The notes under the pieces: model-generated
Databases searched by the model: none
Seen by the model: only the letters and a program-made list of their open reading frames with translations
What the model was told of the DNA's origin: nothing
From: an uncultured delta proteobacterium
Lineage (GTDB): Bacteria; Myxococcota; Kuafuiibacteriia; Kuafuiibacteriales; Kuafuiibacteriaceae
Assembly: GCA_963803435.1 (NCBI GenBank)
Contig: CAWDML010000001.1
Span: forward strand, 1,792,001 to 1,856,000
Length of the DNA: 64,000 nucleotides
Direction: 5' to 3'
Translations under genes and position numbers: made by a program
In this document: in pieces, positions 43,739 through 53,911 of the stretch
How positions within the stretch are numbered: the first letter of the stretch is position 1
How the letters are laid out: every line of letters starts with the position of its first letter

Positions 43739-45115
43739 GTGTTTCCGATCCAGGAGATCGACCGCTTCGCCGCGTCCTCGGGGATCGCGCTGTCCTGGCC
43801 CCTCGACTATCTTCACGAGCCGCGCGTCTGGAATCGCGAACGGCTGCTCGAGGAGGACACGGCACGCTTCGACGTCCGCACCAACCCCTGCGTAGACTTC
43901 GGGCGCCTCGAGGAGCGGATCCCGCGCTGCCGCTTCTCACCGAAGAACGAGGGCCAGGTGCAGGACACCCTGCGCTTCCTCCGCTCGGTCCATCTCCCCT
44001 ACAAGCTGCGCGGAGGCGGTCACTCCTCCGGAGGACAGACCTTGATCCGCGAGGGCGCGGTGGTCGACCTGCGCAAGCTGTCCTTCATCGATGACGAGGG
44101 CGGCGGCCTGGTCACCGTGGGCGGAGGGACCTGGTGGCTCGAGCTCGTCGAGCACCTGCTCCCGGACCGCCGCCCCCCGGTGCTGACCGACAATCTGCGG
44201 TCGACGGTCGCCGGCACGCTCGCCGTGGGCGGCTTCGGCGATACCTCGCACGTGTTCGGCCTGCAGATCGACTCGGTCGAACGGCTCGAGGTCGTCACGC
44301 CCGACGGCGCGCTCAGGCGGCTGTCCCGGGAGGACGAGCTCTTCGGTCTGGTGCTGGCCGGCCGCGGACAGCTGGGAGCGATCGTCTCGGCGACGCTGAA
44401 GACCATCGCGCGGCCCTCGACGCTCCTCGCGCGGCTCCTCGTCTGGGACCGCCTCGAGGACTTCCTCGTGGACGCCGGTGCGCTCACCGGCTTCGAGTAC
44501 CTGCGCGCCCGACGCTTCTGGGCGCCGTCGCGGGTGGAGGCGATCGCCGGCGGCTTCGGAACGCCGCCCGACGCCCCGCTCCGCGCCCTCGAGCGCGCCC
44601 GGATCTCACCCTCGTGGGAGCGGATCGATCTGCCGTCCACATACCGAGCGGATCCCTCCCCCACCTGGATCCACAGCACGCCGGCGGTCGAGATGACGCT
44701 CCCCCTTTCGTCCGCGCTCGAAACGCTCCGCGAGATCGATGCGCGCCTCGCTGCGAAAGCCCTGCTCCCGCACCTCGGCCACGGCGCCTCCGTATCGGTG
44801 ATTCCGCGGTCGTCGCTGCCGCTGGCGCCGACCCCGCCCGAGCCCTCGCTGCTCCTGGCCCTGCGGCCGCAGATGCACCCGAGCGAGGCGAGAGCGGGGC
44901 TCGGTGCGCTGCGCTCGATCGGCGCGCTTGCGCTGGCGGGTGGCGGGAAGCTCTACGGGGTGTCGGTCGAACCCGAACCGCTGGATCTCAGAGCCCAGTT
45001 CGGCGACGCGCTCGAGGCGCTGCTGGCCTCGAAAGCGTTGCTCGATCCGGAGGGCCTTCTCAATCCTGGACTGTTGGGGGCGGCGCGGCCAGTCTTTCCC
45101 GCGAGGCCGACATGA
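43739..45115 (+). CDS. FAD-binding oxidoreductase (VAO/PCMH family, cytokinin-dehydrogenase-like)
   Basis: RGGGHSSGGQ, TVAGTLAVGGFG, GRGQLGAIVSA, LDPEGLLNPG. Confidence 0.85.
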   Translation: MFPIQEIDRFAASSGIALSWPLDYLHEPRVWNRERLLEEDTARFDVRTNPCVDFGRLEERIPRCRFSPKNEGQVQDTLRFLRSVHLPYKLRGGGHSSGGQTLIREGAVVDLRKLSFIDDEGGGLVTVGGGTWWLELVEHLLPDRRPPVLTDNLRSTVAGTLAVGGFGDTSHVFGLQIDSVERLEVVTPDGALRRLSREDELFGLVLAGRGQLGAIVSATLKTIARPSTLLARLLVWDRLEDFLVDAGALTGFEYLRARRFWAPSRVEAIAGGFGTPPDAPLRALERARISPSWERIDLPSTYRADPSPTWIHSTPAVEMTLPLSSALETLREIDARLAAKALLPHLGHGASVSVIPRSSLPLAPTPPEPSLLLALRPQMHPSEARAGLGALRSIGALALAGGGKLYGVSVEPEPLDLRAQFGDALEALLASKALLDPEGLLNPGLLGAARPVFPARPT

Positions 45116-47025
45116 CTCATCAACTCGTGGCAGGGCTCGAGATCGGCGATATCGCCGAGTTCTTCGACGCCGTTCAGGAGGCGGCCGACCAGGCGGGCAG
45201 CGGCTTCGTCATCTCGATCGCGGACGAGCCCTCCCGGCTTCGCATCATCCACGCCAGCCAGGGAGCGGCCACCATCTTCGGCCGTCGCGCCGACGACCTC
45301 CGCGGATGCTGCTTCCCGGATCTGCTGGCGCCGGACGAGCGGGAGCGCATCAGGGGCGTCATCGTCGAGCGGAACCGCGGCGGCGCGCTTCCCACGCTGA
45401 TCCGGACCGCCATCCACCGCAGCGACGGCACGAGCGTCCCGGTCGACGTGGGAACGAACCGGATCAAGGTCGGCGGACGCGAGCTGGCCGTCACCTTCAT
45501 CAACGACATCTCCGAACGCCTGCGCGCCGAGCAGGAGATGCGGCGCTCCGAGGCCCGCTTCCGCACCGTGGTCGAGAACGCACCCGACGGCGTCACCATC
45601 CTCCGCGACCATCGGATCGCGTACCTCAACCCCACGGCCGCGCGCATGCTCGGCTTCGGCTCGGCCGAGGCCGCCCTCGGCGCGGACATCACCCAGCTCT
45701 TGATCCCAGGCGACGACGCGCGGGCCCGCGATCGGCTCGACGAGACCGTCCGCACCGGGAAGGCGCTCCGGCCCGGAACCGAGTACACCGTCCGTGCCCC
45801 CGGACATCCCGACCGCACCTTCGAGGTGGTGTCGGTCCCGATCGAGTTCGAGGGCGGCCCCGCCGTGATCGGATTCGCCCGCGACATCACCGAGCGCAAG
45901 GCGATCCAGCAAAAGCTGGCCCGAGCGGACCGGCTGGCCACCATCGGCGCTCTGGCCGGCGCGCTCGCCCACGAGGTCAACAATCCGCTGGCGTGCGTTC
46001 AGATGGCGATCGAGAGCATCGAGCGCGACCTCTCCGGCCTCGCGGTTCCGCAAGAGGAGTTGACGTCGATCAAGAATGCGCTCGAGGAGTCGCAGCACAG
46101 CATTGCTCGAGTCCAGCGGATCGTCCGGCATCTCGAGGGCACCTCCTCGATCGGCTTGGAGACGAAGAGCCCGGTCGACATCGAGAGCACGATCGAGCAC
46201 GCGATCAAGATCTGCGAGAACGACATCCGTCACCGGGCCCTCCTGATCCGCAGCTACGCGCCGGCGCCCCCCGTACTCGCCAACCAGGCTCATCTCGAGC
46301 AGGTGTTCCTCAACCTGCTGGTGAACGCCGCGCAGTCGTTCACCGACTCCGACCTCGCGAAGAATCAGATCCGGATCGACCTGGCGCACGCGCCCAGCGG
46401 CCTCGTCACCATCGAGATCGCCGATACCGGGTGCGGGATCGCGCCCGAGAGCATGGGTCAGATCTTCGATCCGTTCTTCAGCACCAAGCCGGCCAGCATC
46501 GGCACAGGGCTCGGGCTCGCGATCTGCCGGCAGATCGTCCAGGACGTCGCAGGCACGATCGAGATCAGCAGCGAGCTCGGCCGAGGCACGAGGGTGCGAG
46601 TCGTCCTACCGGAGCATCAGAGCCCCGCGCGCGCGACCTCGCCCGAAACGCCTTCTCCCCGACGGTCGATCCTGCTCATCGACGACGAGCCGGTCATCCG
46701 CGCGCTGTTCACGAAGCTGATCGAGCCGATCCACGAGATCGTCACCGCCGACAGCGCTGCCGCCGCGCTGGCCATCCTCGAGCACCGCCGCGACTTCGAC
46801 GCCATCCTCTGTGACCTGATGATGCCGGGGACGAACGGAAAGCAGCTGTACGAGACGCTCTGCCGGCGCTGGCCCGGCATCGACCGCCGCATCGCCTTCA
46901 TCACCGGCGGGGTCTTCGATCAATCGCTGACGCGGTTCCTCGCCGACGTGGCCAACCCGAAGCTCCTCAAGCCGTTCCTGCTCGCGGACGTCCTCAGGAC
47001 CGTCGAGCTCATCGCGAGGGGCTGA
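45112..47025 (+). CDS. PAS-PAS hybrid sensor histidine kinase with receiver domain
   Basis: Two PAS domains, LAHEVNNPL, QVFLNLLVNA, DTGCGI, FDPFFSTK, GTGLGL; receiver LLIDDE...CDLMMP. Confidence 0.93.
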   Translation: MTHQLVAGLEIGDIAEFFDAVQEAADQAGSGFVISIADEPSRLRIIHASQGAATIFGRRADDLRGCCFPDLLAPDERERIRGVIVERNRGGALPTLIRTAIHRSDGTSVPVDVGTNRIKVGGRELAVTFINDISERLRAEQEMRRSEARFRTVVENAPDGVTILRDHRIAYLNPTAARMLGFGSAEAALGADITQLLIPGDDARARDRLDETVRTGKALRPGTEYTVRAPGHPDRTFEVVSVPIEFEGGPAVIGFARDITERKAIQQKLARADRLATIGALAGALAHEVNNPLACVQMAIESIERDLSGLAVPQEELTSIKNALEESQHSIARVQRIVRHLEGTSSIGLETKSPVDIESTIEHAIKICENDIRHRALLIRSYAPAPPVLANQAHLEQVFLNLLVNAAQSFTDSDLAKNQIRIDLAHAPSGLVTIEIADTGCGIAPESMGQIFDPFFSTKPASIGTGLGLAICRQIVQDVAGTIEISSELGRGTRVRVVLPEHQSPARATSPETPSPRRSILLIDDEPVIRALFTKLIEPIHEIVTADSAAAALAILEHRRDFDAILCDLMMPGTNGKQLYETLCRRWPGIDRRIAFITGGVFDQSLTRFLADVANPKLLKPFLLADVLRTVELIARG

Positions 47026-48068
47026 TGGCTCGGCCGGTCGCCATCCTCGGACACGGTCGCTTCGGGCGGGCGCTCGGCGGTCTGCTCCGCGACGCCGACA
47101 TCCCGCATCGCGCGCTCGATCCGGCGCACCCTCCCCCGGAGGAGGTCCGGGCCGATTCGATCGCCGAGCTCGTCGCCGATTCGGAGCTGGTGGTGGTGGC
47201 GGTGCCGGTCACCGCCGTCGCGGCCGCCCTCGAAGCGCTTCGACCGGCGCTGACGCCGTCGCACCTGGTCCTCGACGTCGGCAGCGTCAAGCTCGGCCCC
47301 GAGGCCGCGCTCCGCCAGGTCCTCGGCGAGGCGATCCCGTGGGCCGCCACTCACCCGCTGTTCGGACCCGCGAGCCTGGCGCGCGGTGAACGTCCGCTCC
47401 GCGTCGTGGTGTGCCCCAATCGCCTCCACCCGGACGCCGCCGATCGCGCGAGCGACTTCTACGCGAAAATCGGGTGTGAAGTGCTCGCGCTGGACGCCGA
47501 GGCCCACGATCGCGCCATGGCCGACACCCACGCGCTCGCCTTCTTCGTGGCCAAGGCGCTGATGGATCTCGGCGTGGAGACGCACCCGTTCGCACCGCCC
47601 TCGTTCCAGGCGATGGCGCGCACCATCGAGGCGGTCCGCGCGGACGCCGGGCACCTCTTCCAGGCGATCCAGAGCGAGAACGAGTTCGCGCCGGCGTCTC
47701 GACGCCGCCTGATCGACGCGCTCGAGAGCATCGATGACCACCTCTCGCAGGCCCCCGGCGCGTCCTCGGAGGCGTTCTTCTCGATCCCCGACCTCGGCAT
47801 CAAGGCGCCGGACCTTCTGGAGACGCGGGATCTGATCGACGAGCTCGACGGCGAGCTGGTCCGCCTACTGGCGCGACGATCCCAGCTCAGCCTCCGCGCC
47901 GGTCGGGCCAAGGCGGGCCGGGCCGTTCGCGATCCCGAGCGGGAGCGCGCCCTGCTCGAGGCGCGCGGGCGTCAGGCCGAGGAGCTCGGGCTCGATCCGA
48001 AGGCGGTCCGCGAGATCTTCGAGGCGATCCTGCGCCACTCGCGGCGTGTGCAAAGGAGCGATCCATGA
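47025..48068 (+). CDS. tyrA: Prephenate/arogenate dehydrogenase fused to C-terminal chorismate mutase
   Basis: GHGRFG, DVGSVK, THPLFGP, HDRAMA; C-terminal RDLIDELD...LLARR...RDPERE (AroQ). Confidence 0.85.
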   Translation: MARPVAILGHGRFGRALGGLLRDADIPHRALDPAHPPPEEVRADSIAELVADSELVVVAVPVTAVAAALEALRPALTPSHLVLDVGSVKLGPEAALRQVLGEAIPWAATHPLFGPASLARGERPLRVVVCPNRLHPDAADRASDFYAKIGCEVLALDAEAHDRAMADTHALAFFVAKALMDLGVETHPFAPPSFQAMARTIEAVRADAGHLFQAIQSENEFAPASRRRLIDALESIDDHLSQAPGASSEAFFSIPDLGIKAPDLLETRDLIDELDGELVRLLARRSQLSLRAGRAKAGRAVRDPERERALLEARGRQAEELGLDPKAVREIFEAILRHSRRVQRSDP

Positions 48069-49174
48069 TCATCATGCTCGAGCCCGATCGGAGCGATCTG
48101 AAGGCGCTGGTCGCCAAGGTCGTGGAGGTGGCCGCCGCCTATCCGGGAGTGACCGCCAAGCCCTACGAGTTCTCGGGCACCGCCCATCGGTTCACGGAGG
48201 TGCACCTCATCGGAGAGACGCTCGCCGTTCCAGTCGATGCCTTCTCGGAGCTTCCCGGCGTGATGCGCGTGATCCGCGTGTCGACCAAGTATCGCTTGAT
48301 CGGACGCTCCGATCCGAAGGCGCCGACGCACGGCTTCGAGTACAACGGCGTCCGCTTCGACGACGACCACCTACAGATCTTCGCCGGCCTCTGCGCCGTC
48401 GATACGCCCGAACATGTGGATCAGATGATGGGTGCGCTCGCCGGCGCCGGGCTCGTCACCACCCGGATGGGCGCGTACAAGCCGCGCACCAGCCCCTACG
48501 ACTTCCAGGGCCTGGGCGCCGCCTGCCTCCCCTACGTGTTCGAGCTGGCTGGCAAGCACGGGATCAAGGTGATCGCGATGGAGGTGACGGACGCGCGCCA
48601 GGTCGAAGAGATCCGGATCGCGCTCGAGGACGCCGGCAACCCGACCGGAGTGATGCTCCAGATCGGGACCCGCAACTCGCAGAACTTCGAGCTGCTGAAG
48701 ACGGTCGGCCAGCAGCAGCAGTTTCCGGTGCTCTTCAAGCGCGGCATGGGGATCACGCTCGAGGAGTCGCTCAACGCCGTCGAGTACGTGGCCAGCGAAG
48801 GGAACCCGAACATCGTCTTCTGTCTGCGCGGCGTGAAGTCGCACCTCGGGGATCCGCACCGCAACTTCGTCGACTTCGCGCACGTGCCGGTGGTGAGACG
48901 ACAGACGCGCCTGCCGGTGTGCATCGATCCGTCGCACAGCGTCGGGAAGAAGGCCTTCGCGCCGGACGGCCTCAGCGACATCTTTCACGTCACCGGTCAG
49001 GGGCTCATCGCGGGCGCGACCATGGTGCTCATCGACTTTCACCCGCGGCCGGAGGCGGCGCTCTGCGACGGACCGCAGGCGCTCACGCTCGAGCAGCTCC
49101 CGGTCTTTCTGTCGTACTGCCGCCGGGTGCGAGGCGCGTATCTCGAGATCTGCTCGTCCGCACGGGACGAGTGA
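48065..49174 (+). CDS. aroF: DAHP synthase, class I-beta, with N-terminal regulatory domain
   Basis: AGLCAVD, GAYKPRTSPYDFQGLG, QIGTRNSQNF, KRG, DPSHSVG, CDGPQAL. Confidence 0.92.
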   Translation: MIIMLEPDRSDLKALVAKVVEVAAAYPGVTAKPYEFSGTAHRFTEVHLIGETLAVPVDAFSELPGVMRVIRVSTKYRLIGRSDPKAPTHGFEYNGVRFDDDHLQIFAGLCAVDTPEHVDQMMGALAGAGLVTTRMGAYKPRTSPYDFQGLGAACLPYVFELAGKHGIKVIAMEVTDARQVEEIRIALEDAGNPTGVMLQIGTRNSQNFELLKTVGQQQQFPVLFKRGMGITLEESLNAVEYVASEGNPNIVFCLRGVKSHLGDPHRNFVDFAHVPVVRRQTRLPVCIDPSHSVGKKAFAPDGLSDIFHVTGQGLIAGATMVLIDFHPRPEAALCDGPQALTLEQLPVFLSYCRRVRGAYLEICSSARDE

Positions 49175-49181
49175 CGGCTCA

Positions 49182-49835
49182 TCAAGCCGAGTACATGCCG
49201 GTCCCGGTGAGGACCAGGCCCGGCGCAGCGCGCACCTCGAGCAGGTAGACGGTGTCGGCGGCCAGCAAGGTCGAGCCCTGTCCGAAGCCGACCACCGTCT
49301 CGCAGGTGGTGTCGGTGCTCTCGGCCGACGCGATCAGAGCGCCCTGAACGCCGTTGTCGACCTGATACAGATAGAGGTTCGCCAGATCGACGCCGTCGCC
49401 CCAACAGGTCCCGATGAAGTCGTTGTCGAGGGAGGCGGCGTCGCCCGTCCGGAACACGAAGAAGTCGACGTCGGTGGCGCTGTTGATCGCCGTGAACGGC
49501 ATCGCAAAGCCCATCCACACCGGCCCCGCCAGGATGCCCTGCGGCACGGCGTGCGACGGATCGTCGTTCGGTTCTACGTCGGTCCACTCGAGGCCCGTCC
49601 CGGTGCCCGGATCCGGCACCAGCGCGGCCATGCCCACGTCCTCGACGCCGCTGTCCCCGCCGACTCCGATGTCCGCGACGCCGGTATCGTCGTTGCCTCC
49701 CGCGTCCATGGCGGCGTCCACCGGGCCACCCGAATCCCTGGGTCCGACGTCGCGCGTGCCCGCCGGATGATCACGGTTCGAACATCCCACGATCAACAGC
49801 AGCGCCACCGCGCTCCTCACCCGAACATGTCTCAT
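49182..49835 (-). CDS. Hypothetical lipoprotein (PPC-like domain)
   Basis: Lipobox IVGC; EPND...A and DVDFFVF motifs. Confidence 0.65.
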   Translation of the reverse strand: MRHVRVRSAVALLLIVGCSNRDHPAGTRDVGPRDSGGPVDAAMDAGGNDDTGVADIGVGGDSGVEDVGMAALVPDPGTGTGLEWTDVEPNDDPSHAVPQGILAGPVWMGFAMPFTAINSATDVDFFVFRTGDAASLDNDFIGTCWGDGVDLANLYLYQVDNGVQGALIASAESTDTTCETVVGFGQGSTLLAADTVYLLEVRAAPGLVLTGTGMYSA

Positions 49836-50854
49836 CGCTGGTTCCTCCTCGGAGTGACGTTGACCAAGAGGTCGATCCGTCGCTCCTCGAAGGCCAACAC
49901 GATCAGATCCGGATCTCCATCCTCCTGGTAGTCGACCGAGGCGATTGCGACCGGTCCCCGGGAGGCCGGGTACGTGATCGCGGATCCAAAACCGTCCGCG
50001 GATCCCTGCCAGATCAGGACGGCGTGATCGAACGGATCGACGCCCGCGAGGTCTCCTCGGCCGTCTCCGTCGAAGTCGGCGTAGACCAGGGCATAGACGC
50101 TGCCCCCACCGTCGTAGTGCCTCCGCTCCCTCAGATTTCTGAAGCTCGCCACATCGATGCCCCCGGAGCGACAGCCGATCGCCAGCGACTCGCCGGCGAC
50201 GGCGGCCGTGGACGGATCATCACAGACCGGGATCGGCCCGCCGGCGATCAGGGCCCCGTCTCGATTCTCCACCACCACGATCGACGCGCGCGGAGATTCG
50301 ATCACCACCAGATCGAGATCGCCATCGCCGTCGACGTCGGCGGGGAGCAGCGAGGTCGCTCCGGCGAGCGCCAGTCGCGCACCTCCGATCAGCTCGAGCG
50401 CAGTCTCGGATTCGGTCAGCCCGGTCACCACCGCCAGCGCGTCGCGACCGTCTCGCTCGAGATCGACAGCCACCAGCGCGATCGGGGAGGCGTCGAGCGA
50501 GATCGTGCCTGTCACCACCGCCGCCTCGGAGAGGACCGTGATGGATCGGCCGCCCGTATCGGCGCTCGCGATCTCGAGCCGCCCGTCGCCGTCGAGATCG
50601 CCAGCGGCGAGCGCGCGCGGACCATTCCCCACGGAGGTGCTGGAGGAGAAGGTCAGGCCCTCGCCGAGCTGGTACCGATCGACCGCGCTCGCGATCCCGC
50701 TGGCCAGGAACACGAAGCCGTCGGCGACGACCATCGCCCCCGAGGCACTGCGCACCTCGGAGGAGCGCGGCGGCTCGAACACCGGCGCCTGCGACGGCTC
50801 GGGATCCGGAGCGCCACAGGCGACCAAGGCCAGCACCAAGAGCTCGGATCGCAT
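49832..50854 (-). CDS. FG-GAP/VCBS repeat lipoprotein
   Basis: Lipobox LVAC; GDLDGDGRLEI, ADVDGDGDLDL, ADFDGDGRGDL. Confidence 0.85.
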   Translation of the reverse strand: MRSELLVLALVACGAPDPEPSQAPVFEPPRSSEVRSASGAMVVADGFVFLASGIASAVDRYQLGEGLTFSSSTSVGNGPRALAAGDLDGDGRLEIASADTGGRSITVLSEAAVVTGTISLDASPIALVAVDLERDGRDALAVVTGLTESETALELIGGARLALAGATSLLPADVDGDGDLDLVVIESPRASIVVVENRDGALIAGGPIPVCDDPSTAAVAGESLAIGCRSGGIDVASFRNLRERRHYDGGGSVYALVYADFDGDGRGDLAGVDPFDHAVLIWQGSADGFGSAITYPASRGPVAIASVDYQEDGDPDLIVLAFEERRIDLLVNVTPRRNQR

Positions 50855-50948
50855 CGCGCCGATCATAGGTCGCCGTGGACTCGAAGCCACGGTCCCATCC
50901 GTGCCCCGACGTATTCCGGTGCGCCCTTCCATCTCGGATCCTCGGCCG

Positions 50949-52373
50949 GTGCGGCGGCTGGTTGCGTGTGGGTTGCTGGTCGCGAGCTGCGGGCCCCCGG
51001 ATCTCGAGATTGATCAGATCGAGTCCAACCTCAACGCCGCCCAGCGCCGCGCGCGCTGCCAGGTGATCCGGGACGTCGCGCGAGATCGCGGACTCACCAA
51101 CGGCGCGCTGCTCGGCGGCGTGGGCGACGCCGAGACGAACCTCGCGCACTGCTGGTCGGAGGCGACCTGGGCCTGTCAGGGCCCCGACTCCGCGACCTGC
51201 GGCGGCCCGGTCATCGCCGGCGCCGGCGACGGCCCCTGCAGCGCGCGCCAGGGCGGGCTGGGGCTCTTCCAGTTCGACGCCGGCACCTACGATCAGACGA
51301 TCGCGCGCGACGGCCAGGACATCCTCCTCCTCGAGGGCAACATCTCGCACGCCGTCGACTTCGTGATTGCGATGGTGCTGCGGTCGGAGCACATCGGCGG
51401 CGTGAACACGGAGGCGGAGGCGCTCGCCTGGATGAACCAGGTCCCGATCGCATCCGGCGATCCCGACTACGAGGCGTGGATCAGCACGGTCACGCACTAC
51501 TATAACGGCTGTGCCCCGACGTACTCGTGCTGGGACGAGCGCAGGGGCCGCTACGATGCCCTCACCCGCGGTGTCTACGCCGAGCTCGGTGCCGACTTCT
51601 GGATGACGCCGCCCCCCGAGCCCTGCCGGGTGCTCCCGCCCGAGGGCGGCGTGATCGAGGAGAACGACAGCTGCTATCGGGACGGCGGACCGGCGGCCTC
51701 GTGGCGCACCGCCGACGCCGGCCACGGCGGGCGCCTGCGCTGGACGTACGCGTTCGACGCCGCCGAGCCGGAGAACTTCGCGATCTGGAGCCTCGAGCTG
51801 AGCACGCCCGGCACGTACCGTATCGAGGTCTATACCGACGCCGCCTACGCCCACAGCAAGCGGGCCCGCTACACGCTCACGCACGCGGGCCAGACCGACG
51901 AGGTCGTGATCGATCAGTCCGCGGTCGACGGCTTCACACTCCTGGGCGACTTCGACTTCGAAGCCGGCGGCGGCGAGCAGCTCCGGCTCGACGACAACAC
52001 CGGCGAGCCACTCTCCAATCAGGCCGAGCTGGCCTTCGACGCGATCCGCGTGACGCCCGTGGAGCCGGACCCCGAGCCCGACCCACCCCCCGAGCGGCTC
52101 GCCAAGGCGCCGCCGATGCACAGCTCGGTGCGGACCACCTCGACGCTCGGCGACGGCGACCCGGGCAGCGACGATGGGCTCCAGCCGGGCGGCTGTACCT
52201 GCGCGACCGCCGCTCCGGCCCCGCTCCACGACCTTCTCGGCGGTCTCGCCTTCGTCCCGGAGGTCTACAGGCCGGCGGCGTCGAGGATCGCGCGCTCGGC
52301 ACGGTCGAGCCGTCCTTGGGCGCGCGCTTCGGCGTCGGACATCGAGTCGGCAGGCTCCACGACCTCGAGATAG
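50949..52373 (+). CDS. Lipoprotein with lysozyme-like N-terminal domain and golvesin/Xly-CBD-like domain; C-terminus uncertain
   Basis: Lipobox VASC; AETNLAHCW, GGLGLFQFD, HYYNG; VIDQSAVDGF..LGDF.F...LDDNTGE...FDAIRV; the GGCTC tail resembles the start of a MYXO-CTERM signal. Confidence 0.7.
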   Translation: MRRLVACGLLVASCGPPDLEIDQIESNLNAAQRRARCQVIRDVARDRGLTNGALLGGVGDAETNLAHCWSEATWACQGPDSATCGGPVIAGAGDGPCSARQGGLGLFQFDAGTYDQTIARDGQDILLLEGNISHAVDFVIAMVLRSEHIGGVNTEAEALAWMNQVPIASGDPDYEAWISTVTHYYNGCAPTYSCWDERRGRYDALTRGVYAELGADFWMTPPPEPCRVLPPEGGVIEENDSCYRDGGPAASWRTADAGHGGRLRWTYAFDAAEPENFAIWSLELSTPGTYRIEVYTDAAYAHSKRARYTLTHAGQTDEVVIDQSAVDGFTLLGDFDFEAGGGEQLRLDDNTGEPLSNQAELAFDAIRVTPVEPDPEPDPPPERLAKAPPMHSSVRTTSTLGDGDPGSDDGLQPGGCTCATAAPAPLHDLLGGLAFVPEVYRPAASRIARSARSSRPWARASASDIESAGSTTSR

Positions 52374-53896
52374 AACTTGATCTTGGGCTCGGTGCCGCTC
52401 GGACGCACGCACACGCGCCCGCCGTCGGCGAGATCGAAGATCAGCACATCATGGTCGGTGAGATCCTGCCGGCTCGCCACCTCGGTCCCGCCGAGCGTTG
52501 GTAGCTTTGCGCGACGGAGGCGGGCCATCGCCTGTGCGATGCGATCTCTGCCTTCGGCGCCCGGCAGCGTGATGCTCTTCTGCCGGCTCGCGAACAGCCC
52601 ATGGTCGTGCCGGATCGCTTCGAGCTGATCGAGCAGCGTCAACCCGCGCCCGGCCAGCGACGCCGCCATCTCCGCCATCACCAGCGCAGCGCTGATCCCA
52701 TCCTTGTCGCGCACGGAGGTGCCCACGGTGTAGCCGAGCGCCTCCTCGTAGCCGAAGAGGAAGCGCGCCTCCTCCGCCCGGCGAATCGCCTCGTTCGCGA
52801 TCCACTTGAAGCCGGTCGCGGTCTCCGCGTAGTGAACGCCCGCGGCCGCCGCCATCTTCTTGAGGAGCTGGGACGACACCATCGTCGTGATCACCAGCCG
52901 CTCCCCCTCGGTATGCGCGATCAGATAGTGCGCGAGCAGGACGCCGATCTCGTTGCCGTTGAGCACGCGGTACGCACCGTCCTCGTCCCGGACCGCCACC
53001 GCCAGCCGATCGGCGTCGGGATCGTTGACCAGCACCACGTCAGAGCGCTGGTCCTGAGCCAGCTTCAGCACCCGATCGAGCGCGCCCGGCTCCTCGGGGT
53101 TGGGAAACTTCACCGTCGGGAAGTCGCCGTCCGGCTCGGCCTGCTCGGGCACGCTGTGAAAACGCTCGAAGCCGCGCCGCCGGAACACCTCTCGCAGCGT
53201 CTGTTCGCCGACGCCGTGCATCGCGGAGTAGGCGATCGACACGTCGGAAGGGCGCACCTCGGGATCGAAGACCAGACCCGCGATCTCGGCCAGGTAGCGC
53301 TCCTTGACCGCGTCGGCGTCGTCGAAGGGCGCGGCCGCGAGCGGGATGTCGCGGGCGGCCGGCGCGCGCGCGATCTCCTCGGCGATACTCCGGTCCACGG
53401 GCGGAATGATCTGAGCGCCGTTCTCCCAGTAGGCCTTGTAGCCGTTGTATGCGGGCGGGTTGTGGCTGGCGGTGACCACGATCCCCGCCGCTGCGCCCAG
53501 CGCCTTCACGGCGTAAGCGGCGACCGGCGTGGGCGTCGGTCCCGACAGAAAGTGCACCTTCACGCCGGCGGCCTTGCACACGGCGGCCGCGTCCTGCTGG
53601 AGCTCGGGCGACATCCGCCGGGCGTCACGCCCGATCACGACCCCTCGAGCGGCGGCGCCGGGGACGACGCGGAGCAGGTGCTCGATCAGGCCGTAGGTCG
53701 CGCGGATGACCACCGCGCGGTTCATGCGGCTCTCACCGGCGCCGATCAGACCGCGCAGGCCCGCCGTCCCGAACTCGAGCGGACCTGCGAAGCGCTCGGC
53801 GAGCGCGGCCCGATCGCCGGCCTCGACCAACGTGGTGAGCTCCGCGCGGGTCGAAGGATCCACGTCGCCCGCGATGAAGGCGCGGACACGCTCCAT
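52265..53896 (-). CDS. Phospho-sugar mutase (phosphomannomutase/phosphoglucomutase)
   Basis: FGTAGLRG, TASHNP, DPDADR, GYEEALG, DKDG, RPSGTEPKIK. Confidence 0.95.
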   Translation of the reverse strand: MERVRAFIAGDVDPSTRAELTTLVEAGDRAALAERFAGPLEFGTAGLRGLIGAGESRMNRAVVIRATYGLIEHLLRVVPGAAARGVVIGRDARRMSPELQQDAAAVCKAAGVKVHFLSGPTPTPVAAYAVKALGAAAGIVVTASHNPPAYNGYKAYWENGAQIIPPVDRSIAEEIARAPAARDIPLAAAPFDDADAVKERYLAEIAGLVFDPEVRPSDVSIAYSAMHGVGEQTLREVFRRRGFERFHSVPEQAEPDGDFPTVKFPNPEEPGALDRVLKLAQDQRSDVVLVNDPDADRLAVAVRDEDGAYRVLNGNEIGVLLAHYLIAHTEGERLVITTMVSSQLLKKMAAAAGVHYAETATGFKWIANEAIRRAEEARFLFGYEEALGYTVGTSVRDKDGISAALVMAEMAASLAGRGLTLLDQLEAIRHDHGLFASRQKSITLPGAEGRDRIAQAMARLRRAKLPTLGGTEVASRQDLTDHDVLIFDLADGGRVCVRPSGTEPKIKFYLEVVEPADSMSDAEARAQGRLDRAERAILDAAGL

Positions 53897-53911
53897 CAGG
53901 GAGATCGTCCA

